Positions 57,547 through 64,000 of a DNA stretch of 64,000 nucleotides are shown here, piece by piece. The position numbers and the translations under genes are program-made. Within the stretch, counting starts at the first letter, position 1. The number at the start of each line of letters is the position of its first letter. Source of the DNA: a virus; IMG/VR virus record IMGVR_UViG_3300031539_000008, positions 1 through 64,000 of that record; one strand, 5' to 3'. The notes beneath the pieces are model-generated. The model ran no database searches, was not told where the DNA came from, and was given only the letters and a program-made list of their open reading frames with translations.

Positions 57547-57902
57547 CAGTCCTCCATGTCCTCGACCATCTCCTCGATGACCGTACGCTTGACAACGGGC
57601 GGCTTGGGTGCCAACGCCGGAACCGCTATCGTTCCGGCACCAGTCGTCGCGTTGAGCATGAGGCGCTGCGCAGCCTCCCCGGTCACAACGACCCCTTCGG
57701 CCTCGTTCTTCTTCTTGAACATGCGCTCCAGGACGCGGATGGCGAAGAATCCACCCGTCGCCGTGGCGGCGCCCATGAGGGCTCCGGCCCAGAAGGAGCT
57801 GCGGTCTCGCGATGTCTTGGCTGCGGTCTCACCTACACCGCGCGCCTGTCTCCGTTCTTCACGGCGCTTGCGCTGTTCTGGAGTGGAGTAGAGCGATGCC
57901 AT
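57546..57902 (-). CDS. Small membrane protein with GVG motif
   Basis: RGVGE; FWAGALMGAATATGGFFAI. Confidence 0.6.
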   Translation of the reverse strand: MASLYSTPEQRKRREERRQARGVGETAAKTSRDRSSFWAGALMGAATATGGFFAIRVLERMFKKKNEAEGVVVTGEAAQRLMLNATTGAGTIAVPALAPKPPVVKRTVIEEMVEDMED

Positions 57903-57911
57903 GGTCCTCGC

Positions 57912-58112
57912 CTATTCTGGGTCCCGCCCGAGTAGACCTCGGCCGATTTCTCGGCGCTCTTGGATGCGGTTGATCATGTCCCTGCCGACACCTGATGGGC
58001 TCGCCAGGCGCTTCTGGATCTCCTCAGTGGATAGCCCTTGGTCAACCCACTTGAGGATCTGGTTCACGAGTTCCAGTGCAGGATACACGATGGGGGCGAG
58101 TGGGGTGGTCAT
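57912..58112 (-). CDS. Small hypothetical protein
   Basis: ATGA-coupled ORF. Confidence 0.5.
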   Translation of the reverse strand: MTTPLAPIVYPALELVNQILKWVDQGLSTEEIQKRLASPSGVGRDMINRIQERREIGRGLLGRDPE

Positions 58113-59215
58113 GCGGCTTCCTTTGCAGTCTTTGCGAGGCAGAACGCCAGGTTGGTCTCGATGCGCGGTCGCTGCAAGGCAGGGAGGCCATCGTTGGCCA
58201 GGAGTGCCTCGTTGGCCTGCCGTGCTTCCGCGTACCTACCGACCCAATATGCGGAAATCGCGTAGGCGTCCAACGCCATCCAGGTGTAGGCGGCATCCTC
58301 GACGTACAGGAGGTCTCGCTTCGGATAGGGGAGGTCGCGTGCAGCGCAGGCGTACACGTGTGCCATCGCGTATGCCTTGCTTTGTCGACACAGGGCAGAG
58401 AGTGCGACGAGCGGTTCTGACCGCTGCGGATTAGAGCGGTAAGCGGACAGGTATGAGGCGGCGACCACTTCATCCGTCGCTCCCGACCGGGCCTGGAGGA
58501 CGCCGATCTGGTAGAGCGAGAACCACACCTCCTCGTACCATCCTACCATTTCGGCGCGCCTCCGATACCAGACGATGGCGCTTTCCAAGTCGCCGATGTC
58601 ACGGTAGCTCTGCGCGAGATAGAACGTCGCCCGACTGTTTAGCGGATTTTCCTCAAGCTCGGCATGAAAATTGGAGATGTCGGCCTGATACTTCCTTTTT
58701 GGATCCGCGCTCCGTCGGCGCGCTCCGTCGGACGGATGGCTGATTCTGATGCCGTCGATGTTTTCGCTACGAAATCCCTCGCGGCAGTTCAGCGCGCTGT
58801 GGCTTTTCGACCGGTAGAACCATGGCTTATCCGCTCGGATGAGGGTCGGCATCCTCCATGAACTTCCGCTCATGGTGATCCTGGCGAAGTACGCGTCCTC
58901 TGAGAGGTCAGGCAGCGCGAAGCCATCGTCGATCTCCCAGACGTAGGCGGCGTCTGAGAACAGCAGAAAGTCAGCGTGCGGTCTGGCCAGCTCCAGGGCC
59001 TCAGTACGGTTGGACCCGAAGTCGCGCCATGGGCGCTCGTGCAGCTCGCCGGGAATGTGCCCCAGGATGGCCTGGATCTTCTCCTTCGTGTCGTCCGTGG
59101 AGCCCGTGTCCACGATGCACCAGGAGTCGATGAGGTGCTTGATGGGCCCAAGGCAGCGCTCGATGACAGCGCCCTCGTCCTTCACGATCATGTTTAGGCA
59201 GATCGTCGTCCTCAT
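58109..59215 (-). CDS. GT2 glycosyltransferase with TPR repeats
   Basis: ICLNMIVKDE, VDTGSTD, DFGSNR; TPR FYLAQSYRD; DxD appears as DAA. Confidence 0.9.
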   Translation of the reverse strand: MRTTICLNMIVKDEGAVIERCLGPIKHLIDSWCIVDTGSTDDTKEKIQAILGHIPGELHERPWRDFGSNRTEALELARPHADFLLFSDAAYVWEIDDGFALPDLSEDAYFARITMSGSSWRMPTLIRADKPWFYRSKSHSALNCREGFRSENIDGIRISHPSDGARRRSADPKRKYQADISNFHAELEENPLNSRATFYLAQSYRDIGDLESAIVWYRRRAEMVGWYEEVWFSLYQIGVLQARSGATDEVVAASYLSAYRSNPQRSEPLVALSALCRQSKAYAMAHVYACAARDLPYPKRDLLYVEDAAYTWMALDAYAISAYWVGRYAEARQANEALLANDGLPALQRPRIETNLAFCLAKTAKEAA

Positions 59216-59814
59216 GTCCTGCCCACTCCAATCCAGTATCCGTACTGGGTCTGCAACCGTCTCACCCAAATGACCGTGAGTTCCTGGAAGCATGGTTGGT
59301 ACCACCTGGCTGCGTCTGAATACCCAGAGAAATAGCGCACGTGTGCGGGGTCGTCAAAGTTGGGGACCGAGAAGATAACCAGCTTCCCACTTGGGATTCG
59401 ACGGATGAACCCTTGGTCGTCGTCGATGTGCTCAAATACCTCGGTGGCGATCACGGTATCGAAATCCCGGTCGAATACTTCACCGTCGCGCATGTCTGCG
59501 ACGGCAAACGCCTCGGCTGGAATCTTTCCGGCATTCTTCCGACGTGCGATTTCGATTGCCTTCGGGGAAAAGTCGATTCCCGCGTAGGCGATCTTCGGCA
59601 AGTGTTGATTCAGGCAGCCCGCGAGCTGCCCAGGCCCGCATCCTATCTCGTAGATGGAGCTGGCGTTGTTAGCCGCCAACACATCCACAATTCGCATCCA
59701 TACTGGGAGGTAGGGCGAGCCCTGCCACGGGTGCGAGTACCAGGAACTCTGTTCGTACATCCGGTCGTAGTACGAGTCGTCGAGCGCCTGGCTAGCCGTC
59801 CCTGCCTTCGGCAT
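59212..59814 (-). CDS. Class I SAM-dependent methyltransferase
   Basis: EIGCGPG, GIDFS, EVFEHI, SVPN. Confidence 0.9.
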   Translation of the reverse strand: MPKAGTASQALDDSYYDRMYEQSSWYSHPWQGSPYLPVWMRIVDVLAANNASSIYEIGCGPGQLAGCLNQHLPKIAYAGIDFSPKAIEIARRKNAGKIPAEAFAVADMRDGEVFDRDFDTVIATEVFEHIDDDQGFIRRIPSGKLVIFSVPNFDDPAHVRYFSGYSDAARWYQPCFQELTVIWVRRLQTQYGYWIGVGRT

Positions 59815-59821
59815 CGGTGAG

Positions 59822-60781
59822 CTACAACTCCCAGAGACCGGTTGCGCGCCACTGAAGGGTTGACCCTGTGATTCCGGATCCGACGCCTGGACGAACCTGG
59901 AGGCCGAGCAGATCTCCAACCCCGAAAATCGCGGAGATAGGTGAGAATGCGAACAACACGGGCACGCCCTCAACCATGGGGAAGGGTCCGCTCGTGGAGA
60001 TCACCAGTAGCGGAGGAACGGCCACCGGCAAGTGCGCGAACGCACCTGGCTGCACAGGGGCCACGTTTGGTGGGACGAGATCGAGCAGGTCAATGCTGAC
60101 TCCGCTGAAGCTCCCGGCACCAGGGAGATTTTGCGCGAAGGACATGATGACGGCAACAAGGCGTCCAGCGCGATCGGGGATCCACTCCCAGATCGGCCCT
60201 GGCGGCGCAGTGGGCAGCGCTCCTGGGACCCCCAAGTTCCAGTCCGTGCCGAAGGTGAGGCGGAACGGGTCGGGGATTCCTTCTCCGGCCGCGTCGTTGG
60301 AGTTGGTGTGATGCGTGCGGTGCTCTTGGATAATCGGCCCGGTTGGCCCTGTTGGTCCGACACCGCCAGTGCTGCCAGCAGGCCCTGTTGGTCCGACACC
60401 GCCAGTGCTGCCAGCAGGCCCTGTTGGTCCGACACCGCCAGTGCTGCCAGCAGGCCCTGTTGGGCCGACACCGCCAGTGCTGCCAGCAGGCCCTGTTGGG
60501 CCGGTGACCCCTGTTCCGGTTGGTCCCGTTGGTCCCGCGACGCCGGTGCTGCCAGCAGGCCCTGTTGGGCCGGTTGGTCCGACGGGACCAGGACCTGTTG
60601 GTCCGGTCGGACCAACGCTGCCTGTTCCGCCGGTTCCGCCGGTCGGGCCTGTTGGTCCTGTTCCGCCGGTGACGCCCATGGGTCCGGTTGGTCCCTCTGG
60701 TCCGGTTGGTCCGGTTCCGCCGGTATCAACCCACTGCTTCCACGGAGGGCCACCACCAAATCCTTTGACTCTTTGTACCAT
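59822..60781 (-). CDS. Collagen-like (GPT) spike protein with N-terminal RVKG...WK motif
   Basis: About 43 G-x-y triplets rich in Thr; C-terminal beta domain. Confidence 0.9.
   Translation of the reverse strand: MVQRVKGFGGGPPWKQWVDTGGTGPTGPEGPTGPMGVTGGTGPTGPTGGTGGTGSVGPTGPTGPGPVGPTGPTGPAGSTGVAGPTGPTGTGVTGPTGPAGSTGGVGPTGPAGSTGGVGPTGPAGSTGGVGPTGPAGSTGGVGPTGPTGPIIQEHRTHHTNSNDAAGEGIPDPFRLTFGTDWNLGVPGALPTAPPGPIWEWIPDRAGRLVAVIMSFAQNLPGAGSFSGVSIDLLDLVPPNVAPVQPGAFAHLPVAVPPLLVISTSGPFPMVEGVPVLFAFSPISAIFGVGDLLGLQVRPGVGSGITGSTLQWRATGLWEL
60345..60503. repeat. 36-bp tandem repeat x4+ within the collagen gene
   Basis: ggccctgttggtccgacaccgccagtgctgccagca. Confidence 0.95.
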
Positions 60782-60805
60782 CGTCCTTGCGCCTCTCGTG
60801 GCGAG

Positions 60806-61210
60806 CTAGGGAACACCCTTGACTCGCGCGAAATACTGCCCCGCTTCCGGCGGCAGGTCGTCGACTATTTTCTGAACCTCACGCATCAGCTCGGCGAAAT
60901 CCGGGTCCTTCCCAGTGGCGCGTGCCAGCCAGTACGTCCGCAGCAAAGCCACCGCGGACTGGACCGCTTCGGCCACCTTCGCGTCCGCGTCGTAGGTTGA
61001 GCCAAAACACTCCTCCATTTCGGGGGTCTTAGGCTCGTATCGGCTCTCGCACCTTTCCGCTTCAGATCGGTAGTAGCCGTCCCACGTCGTTTCGGCCGCT
61101 CGCAAGCCCTCTTCCGTGTAGACCACGGCCTTGTTGGCGGAATGAGCGCATCCCATGGTCAGCAAGATGCTGACCATGGCGCACTGTAACCGTGTGGTGC
61201 ACCAACTCAT
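60806..61210 (-). CDS. Putative lipoprotein
   Basis: ILLTMGC lipobox-like; helical body. Confidence 0.55.
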   Translation of the reverse strand: MSWCTTRLQCAMVSILLTMGCAHSANKAVVYTEEGLRAAETTWDGYYRSEAERCESRYEPKTPEMEECFGSTYDADAKVAEAVQSAVALLRTYWLARATGKDPDFAELMREVQKIVDDLPPEAGQYFARVKGVP

Positions 61211-61226
61211 GGCAGCGCGGACCGGA

Positions 61227-61409
61227 TTAGGACGATGGACAGTTCAGCTTCCACTGCTGACCGCCGCCCCAACCTTGGAGCCGGCTTTCGCCCGACTGCG
61301 TGTGCATCTTCCACTGGCGACCCGCGCCCCATCCGGCGGTGGGCACCGTGGCGAGCGGCGTGCACAGCACCTTGTATGTGCTTGATCCGAAACCTTTTGC
61401 GATTGGCAT
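61227..61409 (-). CDS. Small protein with three G(F/W)G...(W/Y)K repeats
   Basis: KGFGSSTYK, AGWGAGRQWK, RLQGWGGGQQWK. Confidence 0.65.
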   Translation of the reverse strand: MPIAKGFGSSTYKVLCTPLATVPTAGWGAGRQWKMHTQSGESRLQGWGGGQQWKLNCPSS

Positions 61410-61460
61410 TTGGGAGTTCTCCTCGCTTGAGTCTACGCGGCCAGGCGCCGCGGGTACAGG

Positions 61461-61658
61461 CTAGTCCTGACCTCCGCAAAAGAGCTTCCACTGCGGTCCG
61501 CCGCCGATTCCCTGAAGTCGGTTACTTGGTCCGCCGCCGATGTGAAACATCTTCCATGGCCTACCCGCGCCCCACCCTCGGGCTCTCACGCCGAGGCTGT
61601 CGTCGCAGTACGTCTTCCAGGTTCCGGGTCCCCATCCTTGTACGATGATCAGCGCCAT
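61461..61658 (-). CDS. Small protein with three G(W/I)G...WK repeats (paralog of 61227-61409)
   Basis: VQGWGPGTWK, RGWGAGRPWK, RLQGIGGGPQWK. Confidence 0.65.
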   Translation of the reverse strand: MALIIVQGWGPGTWKTYCDDSLGVRARGWGAGRPWKMFHIGGGPSNRLQGIGGGPQWKLFCGGQD

Positions 61659-61695
61659 GGTCCTTGCTTCCTTTTCTCGGGTTGGTGATTGAAGT

Positions 61696-62478
61696 CTACG
61701 CGGCCTCGCTGTTGTCGTACAGCCAGTCGAGCAAATGGGTTGCGCCGGGGTAGTCGCCCTCTTCTGCGCGTTCCCACATGAAGTCCGGGTCGGTGCCCGT
61801 CTCGGCGAGGGCGCGGTCGAACCGCTCACGTGTCCCTGGGGATCGCTCATGCTCCTCGTTGTAGTCGTCGATGAGCGAGGACGCGGCCATGCCACGACGC
61901 ACTGCCAGCCAGTTCTGATGCACAGGCGGCATCGCCTTGAACACGGGATTGCGGATCACTCGCTTCACGAAGTCGGCCAGCATCACCACCGACTCCAGCG
62001 GCTCAAACACGAGATGAGGAGACTGATCGGCGAACGGTCCGTGCACCCCTCCCGCCGAGAGACCGGTAGCCGGAAGGAAGCCGAACCATCCACCTGATCC
62101 GAAACACCAGTAGCGCCAGTCGTATGGGTTGTCGCCGTAATAGCCGCGACCGACGGCGCCCTTCCACAAGTTGCATGCCGCCTTGGCCTCGTTGTCAGCG
62201 CCCTTGGTCCCGGTGCGCAGCTTCACGTTGGGCGGCATCGCGCCGTAGTCGATTCCAAGTCCGACTAGATTCTTTCCTCCAGATTCCGTGTATGCCACGG
62301 CGGGCGCGAAGGCTGAAAAGCCGGGAAGGGCACCTGTGGCCTCGACCCATTCGGCCCAGGCCTGCGCATCTTTGAGCCCCCCGCTCAAAGATGCAGTAGA
62401 CACCTTACTCTTGCTGCCGCGGCGGCGCCCTCCCCCTGCAAAGAGCAGGGCGGCGCCGCCGAGAAGCAGGAGTGGCAT
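61696..62478 (-). CDS. Membrane-anchored protein, possible lysozyme/lytic transglycosylase-like fold
   Basis: N-anchor + RRR; AVAYTESGG resembles the catalytic ES motif. Confidence 0.5.
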   Translation of the reverse strand: MPLLLLGGAALLFAGGGRRRGSKSKVSTASLSGGLKDAQAWAEWVEATGALPGFSAFAPAVAYTESGGKNLVGLGIDYGAMPPNVKLRTGTKGADNEAKAACNLWKGAVGRGYYGDNPYDWRYWCFGSGGWFGFLPATGLSAGGVHGPFADQSPHLVFEPLESVVMLADFVKRVIRNPVFKAMPPVHQNWLAVRRGMAASSLIDDYNEEHERSPGTRERFDRALAETGTDPDFMWERAEEGDYPGATHLLDWLYDNSEAA

Positions 62479-62482
62479 GGCG

Positions 62483-62866
62483 CTAGCCACTGTCACCCTC
62501 GGAGGCGGGCGTTGTCTTGCGCTTGCGCTTCTTTCCCCGGAAGCTGGCGCGTTGCAGGCCGCCTAGCAGTCCCTGGACTGCGCGGCCGGCGAAGGCCGCC
62601 ACGAGATCGTCGGGGTCCTCGTACTCATCGTCTCCGTCTCCGTCTCCGTCGTCATCCTCATCGGCCTCAGCGCGGCGAGATGTCTTCGTCTTCGTCTTCG
62701 TCTTCGGTCCCGGCTCGACTTCCATGGTCGGTATGTTCGGGTCGCTGGCGAGGCCCTTGACTGTCTCCCACAGCTCCTCCGCGGAGGAGCATATGTGGAC
62801 ATCCCCACCTGGGTCAGTCACGACCATGGTTTCGCCGTTTTTGGATTGGCGGATGTCGATCAGCAT
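62483..62866 (-). CDS. Hypothetical protein with acidic tract
   Basis: Coupled ORF. Confidence 0.5.
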   Translation of the reverse strand: MLIDIRQSKNGETMVVTDPGGDVHICSSAEELWETVKGLASDPNIPTMEVEPGPKTKTKTKTSRRAEADEDDDGDGDGDDEYEDPDDLVAAFAGRAVQGLLGGLQRASFRGKKRKRKTTPASEGDSG

Positions 62867-62919
62867 CGGACACCCCCGATTCGATTGGCGTTGTCGAGTA
62901 GCATGGCCGGGATTCTACC

Positions 62920-63585
62920 CTACCCGCCCGGCTGCTGCTGAAACTTCACCCAGGGGAATGGGCCGTCTGGCGAATAGAGGCCGTAGTAGGCCATCGAGGC
63001 GGCGATGCTCGCGTCGCTGACGGTGGCAGACTCGAAAATTACCTCGCCGCTGTCCTCGTCGATCACGCGCGAGAAGTATCCGCCGAGGTCGTCGTCTGGC
63101 AGGACGCACCAGCGGCGTCCGGGCTCCATGACCTCAAGCGGATCCAGCGTGTCGTCGATGGACTCCCACTGCTCAGTGGCCTCGTTGTAGGCCAGCCAGT
63201 CGAAGGGGCCCGGCTCCGCGTCATCGCACGCGCCCGCGGGCGGCTGGAACTGCGTCTGCGGATCCATGCTGTCCGCCATCTCCTCCAGAGCCGTCAGGAC
63301 CTCCTCCATCGAGTTGGCCATCGGCCCGGATGTCCAGTTGCCGTCGAGAAGCAGCTCCCCCACGTACTTGGCGGTGCCGCTCGGTGTCGACCAGACTCGG
63401 TACTGGTAGGCCGTTCCGCCCTCGGACTCGATCTCACCCTCATCGACGATTTGGTCCTGATCCGCGGATCCGTTTCCTGATCCGGTCTGATCCGTGGATC
63501 CGTTTTGCGCACCGTAGCCGCGCTTCTTGCGTCCGAGGGCCATCAACACGATTGCGCCGATAGCGAGTGGGATGACAGCGTTCAT
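62920..63585 (-). CDS. N-terminally anchored acidic protein
   Basis: MNAVIPLAIGAIVLMALGRKKRGYGA. Confidence 0.6.
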   Translation of the reverse strand: MNAVIPLAIGAIVLMALGRKKRGYGAQNGSTDQTGSGNGSADQDQIVDEGEIESEGGTAYQYRVWSTPSGTAKYVGELLLDGNWTSGPMANSMEEVLTALEEMADSMDPQTQFQPPAGACDDAEPGPFDWLAYNEATEQWESIDDTLDPLEVMEPGRRWCVLPDDDLGGYFSRVIDEDSGEVIFESATVSDASIAASMAYYGLYSPDGPFPWVKFQQQPGG

Positions 63586-64000
63586 CGGATCATCCTCGCG
63601 AGCAGCCCCTCTGGGAGAGACCTGGGAAGTGTGGTTGACGCATATTGTACGCCCATGTCGTACCCATGCTGCATGGCCATCTGCATGGCCGTTTCTGAAA
63701 ACGTCTGCTCGGAGAATATCATGGCGGCTGCCGGCCATGGGTCGCCCAGAGAACACCTGGGATCCGTCGCCAGCCTGGTTACTTCTTCGGCGTAAGCGCG
63801 TGCGAAGTCGATGTTGTCAGCCATGACCCCTGGGGCCGGGCCAAGTGCCTTGCGCAACACAACCAGCGTGGAATCTGGCGACGCCGCTTCCTCCGGGGTC
63901 ATGGGGAACCCAAGATTGGTCATCCCCTTCGCCGCCAACTGGGCCACCCTGGCAAGCAAGCGGATGGCCTCCTGCTGTGTCTGCGGTGTGTACTGGATGG
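63582..64000 (-). CDS. Hypothetical protein, 5' end probably outside window
   Basis: Stop overlaps the start at 63585. Confidence 0.45.
   Translation of the reverse strand, partial: IQYTPQTQQEAIRLLARVAQLAAKGMTNLGFPMTPEEAASPDSTLVVLRKALGPAPGVMADNIDFARAYAEEVTRLATDPRCSLGDPWPAAAMIFSEQTFSETAMQMAMQHGYDMGVQYASTTLPRSLPEGLLARMIR

Larger units (their letters stand above)
1..64000. mobile_element. Fragment of a large prokaryotic virus or provirus genome (extends beyond the window)
   Basis: Dense short overlapping ORFs (ATGA/GTGA/TGATG junctions), phage-type genes (M15 peptidase, Dam-like MTase, fibre proteins, recombinase, MazG, SLOG), no housekeeping operons. Confidence 0.85.

Noticed and set aside
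60001-61000. Alternative-frame repeat ORFs over the collagen gene
   Set aside because: Frame artefacts of the 36-bp repeat
1-64000. Genome-wide TGA recoding
   Set aside because: TGA is the usual stop, with many ATGA/TGATG overlaps; only two sites show readthrough evidence
1-64000. tRNA (incl. tRNA-Sec), rRNA, replication, terminase or capsid genes
   Set aside because: None recognisable by eye; a divergent capsid or tRNA cannot be excluded without HMM or tRNAscan searches

Overview
High-GC, gene-dense fragment of a large uncharacterised prokaryotic virus or virus-like element. No host housekeeping operons, rRNA, tRNA or CRISPR were seen, and no recognisable polymerase, terminase, portal or major capsid gene lies in this window. 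Layout: (i) 1-21 kb, spike/fibre genes, an M15 peptidase, a DNA adenine methyltransferase, a holin-like gene, phosphatase, SOD, and a group of effector-like genes (kinase, ECF sigma factor, ADP-ribosyltransferase-like); (ii) 21-39.9 kb, mostly plus-strand operons of small early-type genes around a Cre-like tyrosine recombinase; (iii) 39.9-64 kb, a long minus-strand block of very basic, membrane-anchored and Cys-rich proteins plus a collagen-like spike with a glycosyltransferase and methyltransferase. The most striking signals are short peptide codes shared by otherwise unrelated proteins. About 15 proteins end in a basic tract plus an (I/L/F)-R-(R/K)-x-M-(R/K)-x tag and are often segmented by NP motifs (candidate virion cargo-loading and processing system). 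Four spike-like proteins share an N-terminal RVQG...WK motif (candidate docking motif). A family of G[LMV]G-motif precursors carries variable Cys-rich cores. Two genes have an in-frame UGA followed by a near-identical SECIS-like hairpin (candidate viral selenoproteins). All product calls come from motif recognition by eye; no searches were run.
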